DNA of 20,000 nucleotides from sequence record SRR22947727_1292. One strand, written 5' to 3'. The position numbers were made by a program, and so were the translations under genes. Position 1 is the stretch's first letter. Every line of letters starts with the position of its first letter. The notes under the pieces were generated by a model. The model saw nothing but the letters and a program-made list of their open reading frames with translations. It was not told where the DNA came from and did no database searches. Positions 1-6,870 of this stretch are shown piece after piece.

Positions 1-125
1 TCTTCTGCCGTCCAGAAACAAGCTTCACATTTTTTGTACCACTCCCACAAATCATCGTGTTTGATTGGAAAAATTACAAAGCGGTCTGGATTCTCAGTTA
101 AAATAGGCTCTACATTGTTGCTCAT
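1..125 (-). CDS. nrdB: Ribonucleoside-diphosphate reductase beta subunit (class Ia R2), 5' part; runs off the window start
   Basis: Not in the ORF track. Manual translation from ATG at 125: MSNNVEPILTENPDRFVIFPIKHDDLWEWYKKCEACFWTAE, matching the EP.L.ENP.RFV.FPI...W..YKK....FWTAEE N-terminus of R2 subunits. Confidence 0.95.
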   Translation of the reverse strand, partial: MSNNVEPILTENPDRFVIFPIKHDDLWEWYKKCEACFWTAE

Positions 126-325
126 TGGGTCTTTTTTTTGGTTTTTCACAGCGCACACAGAAGTGCTTTACTCGGTTAACAAAGATGGTTAAAAATGTTT
201 GAGTTCTGACCGCAAAAGCAGAGACTTAACAGTAAAGTTTTTAACACTTAATGTTGAAATGTAGGTTTAAGCCCCGCCCTGACTAGGCTGGGAAGTGGCA
301 ATAAAAAAAAATGAAAAAAAGTGGC

Positions 326-925
326 CTATTTTTTGTTGCTTTCAGATCCTTTTTCAGCTGCTTTTAAAGTTGCGGCAACAAGGGCCAGTTCTTCATACCA
401 AGCAGCACCAAATTTCCTGATCAGCGCTTCTTTCACAAAAACATACACAGGCACGGAAAGTTCTGCTCCTAAAGAACAAGCATCCGAACAAATACTCCAT
501 TGGTGGTAATTCACGGCTGTAAATTCGCTGTATTCTCGGGTGCGAACAGGGTACAAATGGCAAGAAACCGGTTTCCTCCATTTGGTGGCCCCATCGTTAT
601 AAGCCGCCTCTAAACCACACTTGGTAATGCCCTTCTCGTCAAAGATTACATAAGCACATTCTGAGCCGTTTACCAAGGGGGTTTCCCACTCGCCGTCGTC
701 TCCTTTTACAAAGGCACCCTGGTCTTCAATTGCCGCTATTCCCGCTGCCCTTAAATAAGGCTTTACACGGCTGTATATGTCGACCAAAATCTCGGTTTCT
801 TTCTCCTCTAAAGGCGCTCCTGCGTCTCCGTCTACACAACAAGCTCCTTTGCAGGCACTGAGGTTGCACACAAAATCATTTTCTAAAAGATCTTCTGAAA
901 CGAGGGTTTTTTGGATTTGAAACAT
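326..925 (-). CDS. DUF3109-family cysteine-rich protein (putative Fe-S or metal-binding)
   Basis: ORF 326..955 with probable start MFQIQKTLVSEDL at ATG 925, supported by TATATTTG at 944-951. Motifs FVCNLSACKGACCVDGDAGAP, KPVSCHLYP, ICSDAC. Confidence 0.85.
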   Translation of the reverse strand: MFQIQKTLVSEDLLENDFVCNLSACKGACCVDGDAGAPLEEKETEILVDIYSRVKPYLRAAGIAAIEDQGAFVKGDDGEWETPLVNGSECAYVIFDEKGITKCGLEAAYNDGATKWRKPVSCHLYPVRTREYSEFTAVNYHQWSICSDACSLGAELSVPVYVFVKEALIRKFGAAWYEELALVAATLKAAEKGSESNKK

Positions 926-943
926 CTGATTGGTTTTAAGGGG

Positions 944-951
944 CAAATATA
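944..951 (-). promoter_or_regulatory. Bacteroidota primary-sigma -7 element (TATATTTG) for the DUF3109 gene
   Basis: Exact TAnnTTTG match, 18 nt upstream of ATG 925. Confidence 0.65.
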
Positions 952-965
952 CCATAAAAAAGCCT

Positions 966-973
966 TAAATTTG
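966..973 (+). promoter_or_regulatory. Bacteroidota -7 element (TAAATTTG) for marC
   Basis: Exact TAnnTTTG match followed by C, in the divergent intergenic region. Confidence 0.55.
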
Positions 974-1024
974 CTGCGCAAAAGAAGGGGTTTGTGTCCT
1001 TTTAAAAAGCCAAAAAAAGTCCTA

Positions 1025-1062
1025 AAAAATACCAAAGCAATTCTTAGAAAAATACCAAAGCA
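1025..1062 (+). repeat. 15-bp exact direct repeat AAAAATACCAAAGCA x2 (period 23)
   Basis: Copies at 1025-1039 and 1048-1062, just upstream of the marC ATG. Confidence 0.8.
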
Positions 1063-1070
1063 TACCGCCC

Positions 1071-1655
1071 ATGACATTTCACTTTAACTTTAAAGAAATA
1101 CTCACCGCCAGCATGGTGCTTTTTGCGGTGATTGACATAGTGGGATCTGTCCCAATTATCATTAGTCTCAGAAATAAAGTAGGCCATATTCAGTCTGAAA
1201 AGGCCTCCATAGTGGCGGGAATTATCATGGTGGCTTTCCTATTTATTGGAGAAGAAATATTAAACCTTATTGGTATAGATGTGAATTCATTTGCCGTAGC
1301 AGGGGCCCTAGTGATCTTCTTCCTAGCCATTGAAATGATTTTGGGCATTACCCTTTACAAAGACGACGAACCAGAGTCTGCCTCTATTGTCCCTATCGCA
1401 TTCCCACTCATTGCCGGGGCTGGAACCATTACCACCTTGCTTTCTCTGAGGGCAGAATACCATGTAGAAAATATTATCATCGCTATTGTGGTAAACATCA
1501 TTTTCGTGTACTTGGTCCTAAAATCTTCCAAACGCATTGAACGCGTTCTAGGAAAAAATGGCCTCTCTGTGATTAGAAAAGTATTTGGGGTGATCTTACT
1601 GGCCATTGCCGTAAAACTTTTTGCCGCTAATATAAACGTCTTATTTAACGCCTAA
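1071..1655 (+). CDS. marC: MarC-family integral membrane protein
   Basis: 194 aa, about 6 hydrophobic segments. Motifs LFAVIDIVGSVP, FAVAGALVIF, IVPIAFPLIAGAGTITT, LGKNGLSVIRKVFGVILLAIAV. Confidence 0.92.
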   Translation: MTFHFNFKEILTASMVLFAVIDIVGSVPIIISLRNKVGHIQSEKASIVAGIIMVAFLFIGEEILNLIGIDVNSFAVAGALVIFFLAIEMILGITLYKDDEPESASIVPIAFPLIAGAGTITTLLSLRAEYHVENIIIAIVVNIIFVYLVLKSSKRIERVLGKNGLSVIRKVFGVILLAIAVKLFAANINVLFNA

Positions 1656-1664
1656 AACCAGCTT

Positions 1665-1865
1665 ATGAACAAAGTACTTTTTTTCATTTTATTGACTGCT
1701 GCCCTAATTTTGGGCGGCTACAACTTGTATTTAATAGACTATTCAGACCTGTTTGCAGACCAAAACTTTGTGGCTTCTGTATCTGCCATTGCTGCTTTAG
1801 CTGCCGCAGTATTGTTGGTTATTCTGTTTCTCTCAAAAAAAATTGAGGAAAAAACCAAGCGCTAA
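1665..1865 (+). CDS. Small hypothetical membrane protein (two predicted TM helices)
   Basis: 66 aa, ATG 9 nt after the marC stop, two hydrophobic stretches and a charged C-terminus (SKKIEEKTKR). Fills the gap exactly. Confidence 0.75.
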   Translation: MNKVLFFILLTAALILGGYNLYLIDYSDLFADQNFVASVSAIAALAAAVLLVILFLSKKIEEKTKR

Positions 1866-2599
1866 ACCTGAATACTTGCGCCAATAGTGGTCTCTACTGC
1901 CGTAATTAAGTCTTCCGTGTCTGAATACGTTTCCTGAACCACCACAGGATGTATGATTAGTTCAATACGGTTACCTATACCCAGGGGGAATTGTCCCCAA
2001 CGCACCATTTTCCAAGACCCATTAATGGTGACAGGGAGCACTAAGGCAGACGGCGCCTTCTTTAACAACACTTTTAAACCCGTACGCTGAAAGGGCTTGG
2101 GTTTTCCATCTCTGGACCGAGTTCCTTCTGGAAAGATTACTGCACAACGCTGGTTTTTTTCTATATAAGTTCCTAAGCCTGCAATAGCAGCAACCGCTTG
2201 CCTACCGTCTCCCCGATTGATTAGCACAGATCCTCCATGCCTTAAATTATATGAGACTGAAGGAATGCCCTTGCCCAAAGATGCCTTAGACACGAATTTA
2301 GGATGTAAAGACCTCAAACGCCAGATAATGGGGAGTATGTCGTACATACTTTGGTGGTTGGCCACCAAAATAACCGCTTTGTTTTGGGGCAAATTCGCCA
2401 TTCCACTAATCGTATAACGGGTCCCCAAAATTCGGGTAGTTGCCATGAGGCAACCATTTAAAAAAGCCACGACCCTTCTATGGGGTTCATAGCCAAAAAC
2501 CTTAAAGGCAAGGACTTGAATGGGATGGAATACCACCAGACAAAGTCCAAAAGCCAAAAAATACAGTACCGTTAAAGGATAAGCGAGCAGTCTTTTCAT
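1862..2599 (-). CDS. plsC: 1-acyl-sn-glycerol-3-phosphate / lysophospholipid acyltransferase (PlsC family)
   Basis: NHQSMYD (HX4D) and IFPEGTRS motifs. Probable start MKRLLAYPL at ATG 2599, because the longer ORF start lies inside the terminator hairpin. Confidence 0.9.
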   Translation of the reverse strand: MKRLLAYPLTVLYFLAFGLCLVVFHPIQVLAFKVFGYEPHRRVVAFLNGCLMATTRILGTRYTISGMANLPQNKAVILVANHQSMYDILPIIWRLRSLHPKFVSKASLGKGIPSVSYNLRHGGSVLINRGDGRQAVAAIAGLGTYIEKNQRCAVIFPEGTRSRDGKPKPFQRTGLKVLLKKAPSALVLPVTINGSWKMVRWGQFPLGIGNRIELIIHPVVVQETYSDTEDLITAVETTIGASIQV

Positions 2600-2610
2600 A
2601 GGGTAAAAAT

Positions 2611-2642
2611 AAAAAAACCACCGCAAGTGGGTGGTTTTTTTT
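2611..2642. terminator. Intrinsic terminator hairpin, most likely for the bacilliredoxin gene
   Basis: AAAAAAACCACC-gcaagtg-GGTGGTTTTTTT(T): 12-bp perfect inverted repeat with a T-tract on both strands, 17 nt past the brx stop. Confidence 0.8.
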
Positions 2643-2659
2643 ACATGATTAGGGGCGTA

Positions 2660-3070
2660 TTAACAAAATTCGTTATACGCTTCCATTAAGTTTTCCGCAA
2701 TGGCTTGTGCCGCACGACCTTCAATGTGGTGGCGCTCAATCATATGCACCAATTCTCCGTCTTTAAATAAAGCCATAGAAGGCGATGAAGGAGGAAAAGG
2801 AACCATCATATTTCTCGCTTGGTCTACTGCGTCTGTGTCTACTCCTGCAAAAACAGTCACGGCACGACTGGGCACCTTAGCATTGGTCAAGCTCATTTTT
2901 GCAGCGGGTCTGGCATTGGCTGCCGCGCAACCGCAAACAGAGTTTACCACCACCAAAGTAGTCCCGGAAGCATTAACTGCTTCTGCTACAGCTGCTGCTG
3001 TAAATAATTCTTGAAAACCTGCTTGGGCAAGGTCTTGTCTCATTGGTTTTACAAATTCTTCTGGGTACAT
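2660..3070 (-). CDS. BrxA/BrxB (YphP/YqiW) family bacilliredoxin
   Basis: Start MYPEEFVKPMRQDL at ATG 3070. Motifs NSVCGCAAANARP (CGC active site), TVFAGVD, PPSSPSMALFKDG, ERHHIEGR. 136 aa. Confidence 0.93.
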   Translation of the reverse strand: MYPEEFVKPMRQDLAQAGFQELFTAAAVAEAVNASGTTLVVVNSVCGCAAANARPAAKMSLTNAKVPSRAVTVFAGVDTDAVDQARNMMVPFPPSSPSMALFKDGELVHMIERHHIEGRAAQAIAENLMEAYNEFC

Positions 3071-3095
3071 CCTTCCTAAATTTTTTTTTACCCCA

Positions 3096-3103
3096 CAAAG
3101 GTA
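3096..3103 (-). promoter_or_regulatory. Bacteroidota -7 element (TACCTTTG) for the bacilliredoxin gene
   Basis: Exact TAnnTTTG match, 25 nt upstream of ATG 3070. Confidence 0.65.
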
Positions 3104-3169
3104 CAACATACACCCATAATTTTTAACACATCTTATGATTAGTTTGCCCTGCTTTTTTTGTGAAAAAAG

Positions 3170-3177
3170 TATCTTTG
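3170..3177 (+). promoter_or_regulatory. Bacteroidota -7 element (TATCTTTG) for the djlA-like operon
   Basis: Exact TAnnTTTG match, 14 nt upstream of ATG 3192. Confidence 0.65.
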
Positions 3178-3191
3178 ATAAAATTTTGACA

Positions 3192-3923
3192 ATGACTAAA
3201 TGGTTGGCTGCCCTACTGGGCTTTATTTTTTTTAGATTTCCCGGAGCAGTGGCTGGATACTTCTTAGGCAGTTTTGTAGACATGCTGCAATCTGGCAAGA
3301 AAGGCCGTTCTTTTGGTAGTTTCACTTCCCAAAGACCAGTAACTTCTCAGGATTTTGAGCTGCACTTACTCTCCTTATGCGCCGTAGTGATCAAAGCAGA
3401 CGGACAGGTAAGCCCTGCAGAAAAAGAATTTGTAAAACGCTACTTTATACAGACCTATGGCCAACAAAGGGCCAATGCCATTTTTAGAACCTTTAATGAC
3501 GCAGTAGACAAAAAAGACCTGTCTCTAGAGAATTTATGTCAAAAAATAAACCAAAGAGCGCCTTACGAACTCAAGCTTCAGTTGTTGCATTTTCTGTTTA
3601 ATATTGCCAAAGCAGACGGTCATGTAAGCGCACCAGAGGTCAGTAAATTGGAAGAAATTGCCCGTTTGTTGCGGCTTGGCTCCCCTGATTTTAACTCTAT
3701 AAAAGCCATGTTTATAGAAGCAACAGATGGTGCTTACACCATTTTAGAAGTAGAAAAAACCGCTACAGATGCAGCAGTAAAAAAAGCCTACAGAGACATG
3801 GCCAAGAAATACCATCCAGACCGCGTCATTACAGAAGACGCCGCCATAAAAAGCGGTGCAGAAGAAAAATTCAAACAAGTACAAAAGGCCTACGAGGCCA
3901 TTCAAAAAGAACGCGGCATGTAA
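3192..3923 (+). CDS. djlA: DjlA-like co-chaperone: N-terminal membrane anchor, TerB-like domain, C-terminal J domain
   Basis: Start MTKWLAALLG at 3192. TerB repeats VIKADGQVSPAE and IAKADGHVSAPE. J domain AYTILEV...KKAYRDMAKKYHPD...AEEKFKQVQKAYE. Confidence 0.88.
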   Translation: MTKWLAALLGFIFFRFPGAVAGYFLGSFVDMLQSGKKGRSFGSFTSQRPVTSQDFELHLLSLCAVVIKADGQVSPAEKEFVKRYFIQTYGQQRANAIFRTFNDAVDKKDLSLENLCQKINQRAPYELKLQLLHFLFNIAKADGHVSAPEVSKLEEIARLLRLGSPDFNSIKAMFIEATDGAYTILEVEKTATDAAVKKAYRDMAKKYHPDRVITEDAAIKSGAEEKFKQVQKAYEAIQKERGM

Positions 3924-3935
3924 TAAGCCGCCAAA

Positions 3936-3968
3936 AAAACCGCAAAACCAAAGAAAACCGCCAAACCA
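3936..3968 (+). repeat. Imperfect 15-bp direct repeat AAAACCGC(A/C)AAACCA x2 (period 18)
   Basis: Copies at 3936-3950 and 3954-3968, 14/15 identical, in the djlA-hupE spacer. Confidence 0.7.
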
Positions 3969-3983
3969 TTATACTAAACCAGT

Positions 3984-4586
3984 ATGGATGCATTTTTATT
4001 TTATTTAGACCTGGGACTCAATCACGTCCTAGACCCCAACGGATACGATCACGTACTATTTTTAGCCGCCTTAGCCCTTCCCTTTGCCTTAAAAAAAATC
4101 AAATCTGCCGTACTACTGGCTTCCGTATTCACACTCACCCACTGCATCTCTTTGGTACTTTCTGTGTATGGTATTGCCAAAGTGTACGCCCCTCTCATTG
4201 AATTTTTAATCCCCCTGAGTATTTTATTGCTTTTGGGCCTCAATATTAAAAATGCCTTACAAAATAAAGGACCTAAAACAGGGGTAATAGCCTATGGGGC
4301 CACCGCATTATTTGGCCTTATTCACGGATTTGGTTTTTCCAACTATTTCAAGATGTTGCTGGAAGGACAAGAAGCCAAAAACAGTGCCTTACTGGGTTTT
4401 GCCGCTGGAATTGAAGTAGCTCAATTGGCCGTGCTCAGCACGGTGATGCTTGCCAGTGCCCTTTTTATTCTTATCTTTAAAATTCAAAGGCCCAGGTGGG
4501 TGATCGTATTCTCATCAGCCCTTGTGCTGGTAACACTTCCCCTCACCTACAACAGCCTTGTAGCCCTATTAGACGCCTTGAAATGA
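3984..4586 (+). CDS. HupE/UreJ-family membrane protein
   Basis: LGLNHVLDPNGYDHVLFL, FTLTHCISL, IEFLIPLSI, FGLIHGFGF, FAAGIEVAQL; His-containing TM motifs. Confidence 0.88.
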   Translation: MDAFLFYLDLGLNHVLDPNGYDHVLFLAALALPFALKKIKSAVLLASVFTLTHCISLVLSVYGIAKVYAPLIEFLIPLSILLLLGLNIKNALQNKGPKTGVIAYGATALFGLIHGFGFSNYFKMLLEGQEAKNSALLGFAAGIEVAQLAVLSTVMLASALFILIFKIQRPRWVIVFSSALVLVTLPLTYNSLVALLDALK

Positions 4587-5023
4587 CAACAGAAGACAAA
4601 CAAGAAAAATACGACCAAGCTTACCTTAGAATGGCCGCCGAATGGGGGAAATTATCCTATTGCAAGCGCAAACAAGTAGGCGCCATTGTGGTAAAAGACC
4701 GCATGATTATTTCCGACGGATACAACGGAACCCCCTCTGGTTTTGAAAATTTCTGTGAAGATGAGGCAGGCTACACTAAGTGGTATGTACTTCATGCAGA
4801 GGCCAACGCACTGTCTAAAGTAGCGGCCTCTACCCAGTCTTCTGAGGGCGCTACTTTGTATATAACGCTTTCCCCTTGTAAGGAATGCAGCAAACTCATC
4901 CACCAATCAGGCATTAAACGCGTGGTGTACGCCAAGGCCTACCGAGACAGCTCTGGCATTGATTTCTTAGCCAAAGCAGGAGTTGCCATTAGCCACATGC
5001 CCATCGAAGAAAACCACAAGTAA
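4583..5023 (+). CDS. dCMP (deoxycytidylate) deaminase, ComEB-like
   Basis: Start MTTEDKQEKYD at 4583, with an ATGA overlap on the hupE stop. Motifs SYCKRKQVGA, GYNGTPSG, HAEANA, SPCKEC (Zn site). Confidence 0.92.
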   Translation: MTTEDKQEKYDQAYLRMAAEWGKLSYCKRKQVGAIVVKDRMIISDGYNGTPSGFENFCEDEAGYTKWYVLHAEANALSKVAASTQSSEGATLYITLSPCKECSKLIHQSGIKRVVYAKAYRDSSGIDFLAKAGVAISHMPIEENHK

Positions 5024-5110
5024 CAAACAAACTAGAAACAAACCACGAACTACCAACAAAACACAAGTAACCCACAAACAACAAGCAAACCACAAACAAC
5101 AAACCCTAAA
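5011..5110 (+). repeat. A/C-rich low-complexity degenerate repeat tract
   Basis: CCACAAACAACAA exact at 5072-5084 and 5090-5102; CACAAGTAAC at 5015-5024 and 5062-5071. Very few G or T on the + strand. Confidence 0.75.
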
Positions 5111-5123
5111 GACAGCTGCTCCT

Positions 5124-6866
5124 ATGAGACAAAAACTATTTCGATTGTTTTTAGCACTGACCATCTTAATGGCAGGTATTCTCATTGGAAGCCAAAGCGA
5201 CGCAAATTCATACCCCCTTAGCGGGAGCCCTTCTGAAGTAGCCCAAGAAAAAATGCAACGGCTGCTCAATTTTATTGAAGAGGACTATGTAGAAGCCGTA
5301 AATACGGACAGTATTGTCACCGTAACCATTAACGAAATACTAAACAAATTAGACCCCCATTCAGTCTATATTCCCAAAACCATTTCTTCCGCAGTTGCAG
5401 AACAAATGCAGGGCGATTTTGTGGGTATTGGAGTGAATTTTTACCGCTATAAAGACTCTGTAGCCGTCATTAGAACCGTAGCAGGTGGGCCCAGTGAAAA
5501 GGCAGGTATTCAAGCGGGAGACCGTATTTTACTCGCCCAAGGAGACACCCTTTACGGAAACAATATGCCCAATGACCAATTGGTGCAAAAGCTCAAAGGC
5601 CCTATTAACACTGAGGTAGGCCTGAGGGTGTTTAGAAAAAAAGACCGCAGCTTTCAAAACTTCACCCTAAAGAGAGACCGCATTCCCATTGTTTCTGTAA
5701 GTGGCTATTGCATGCTAGACAGCAGTCTGGGCTACCTTAAAATAAACCGATTTGCCGCCACCACTTATGACGAATTCAGCCTAGCCTTGGCGGAACTCAA
5801 AGCCAGCGGTGCCCAAGAACTCATCTTAGACCTTCGCGACAATCTGGGCGGTTATATGGGTATGGCCACCCAAATATCGGACGACTTCCTGTCCGCCAAC
5901 ACCCCTATTGTGTACACCAAAAATAAAAAAGGCACTACAGCCACCACCCTGGCCAATGCAGGTGGGGCTTTTGAAAATAAACCGGTTTACGTTCTGGTAA
6001 ACGAACGTTCCGCATCGGCTTCAGAAATAATTGCTGGAGCCCTACAAGACAATGATATAGGAACCATTATTGGCCGCAGGACTTTTGGTAAAGGACTCGT
6101 TCAAAGAGAAATGCCTTTGGGAGACGGCTCTTCAGTGCGCCTGACCATAGCCCGTTACTACACCCCAACAGGCCGTTCCATTCAAAAACCTTACGGAGAT
6201 GGTGACTATGAAAGCGCGCAAGACCGCTACGCCACTGGCGAACTTCAATACAAGGACAGCATGCCGGTAATAGACTCGCTGGCCTACACCACTCCCAAAG
6301 GCAAAATAGTCTATGGTGGTGGCGGCATTATACCAGACGTTTTTGTGCCAATAGAAGACAATGCGGTGCTGGTGGTTAAAGAATTGGAGCGCCTTGGGGT
6401 ATTCTCCTTCTTTAGCTTTGAGCAATTAGACGCACACCGAAGCAACTACCAAGACTGGACAGAAGCTGGTTTTGTAAAAGACTTTCAAGTACCCGAAACC
6501 CTCTATCAAGGTTTTGTAACATACCTGAAAAACGCTGGCGTACCAATAGACACCAAAGACCACAAAGTTGCCGTATTATTAGAACTCAAAGCAGCATTGG
6601 CCTACCAACTCTTTGGGGACAATGCGGTGCTTAAAATTAGGGCTGGACAGGATCCAATGGTTCAAAAAGCCCTGGCTTTAAAAAACCAAACAAGCCAAGT
6701 GGGTGCCGTAAACAATATTCATTTGTTGTCAGATCCGTCAGGAACAAAAACAAAGATCCAAACAACAAACGACGTACAAAACGGCATACAAAACGACTTA
6801 GAAAACACCGCAGAAAACGACGTACAAAACACCTCCAAAGAAACCGTAGAAAATTCTGAATCATAA
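5124..6866 (+). CDS. S41A C-terminal processing peptidase (CtpA/Prc family) with PDZ domain
   Basis: Probable start MRQKLFRLFLAL at ATG 5124 (signal/anchor). Motifs LDPHSVY, GIGV (PDZ), LDLRDNLGG, SASASEI (catalytic Ser), TFGKG (Lys), ARYYTPTGRSIQ, GGGGIIPD. Confidence 0.93.
   Translation: MRQKLFRLFLALTILMAGILIGSQSDANSYPLSGSPSEVAQEKMQRLLNFIEEDYVEAVNTDSIVTVTINEILNKLDPHSVYIPKTISSAVAEQMQGDFVGIGVNFYRYKDSVAVIRTVAGGPSEKAGIQAGDRILLAQGDTLYGNNMPNDQLVQKLKGPINTEVGLRVFRKKDRSFQNFTLKRDRIPIVSVSGYCMLDSSLGYLKINRFAATTYDEFSLALAELKASGAQELILDLRDNLGGYMGMATQISDDFLSANTPIVYTKNKKGTTATTLANAGGAFENKPVYVLVNERSASASEIIAGALQDNDIGTIIGRRTFGKGLVQREMPLGDGSSVRLTIARYYTPTGRSIQKPYGDGDYESAQDRYATGELQYKDSMPVIDSLAYTTPKGKIVYGGGGIIPDVFVPIEDNAVLVVKELERLGVFSFFSFEQLDAHRSNYQDWTEAGFVKDFQVPETLYQGFVTYLKNAGVPIDTKDHKVAVLLELKAALAYQLFGDNAVLKIRAGQDPMVQKALALKNQTSQVGAVNNIHLLSDPSGTKTKIQTTNDVQNGIQNDLENTAENDVQNTSKETVENSES
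6768..6851 (+). repeat. Degenerate 12-bp tandem repeat x7 within the S41 3' end
   Basis: AACGACGTACAA AACGGCATACAA AACGACTTAGAA AACACCGCAGAA AACGACGTACAA AACACCTCCAAA GAAACCGTAGAA; units 1 and 5 are identical. Confidence 0.8.
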
Positions 6867-6870
6867 GCCT

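Noticed and set aside
270..325. Weak GC hairpin (CCCGCC...GGCTGGG) and AAGTGGC x2 between DUF3109 and nrdB
   Set aside because: The stem is short and imperfect, and on the minus strand the T-tracts precede rather than follow it. Not a convincing terminator or riboswitch.
3071..3325. 85-aa N-terminal extension of the bacilliredoxin ORF (track 2660..3325)
   Set aside because: It overlaps the djlA-like gene on the opposite strand. The family starts at MYPE, and a -7 element sits just upstream of ATG 3070.
3192..5023. TerB-domain plus deaminase genes as an anti-phage or tellurite-resistance system
   Set aside because: The TerB protein has the housekeeping DjlA architecture. The deaminase is a short stand-alone dCMP deaminase without the kinase/P-loop fusion of defence dCTP deaminases. 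The context and composition are core-genome.
4983..5123. T/N/K/Q-rich N-terminal extension of S41, and the antisense 100-aa ORF 4967..5269
   Set aside because: Both are by-products of the stop-poor A/C repeat tract. The signal-like sequence begins at ATG 5124.
6768..6851. Possible CRISPR-like array
   Set aside because: The units are contiguous degenerate 12-mers in a coding frame with no spacers, and there are no cas genes. The same applies to the 29-bp duplication at 8308.
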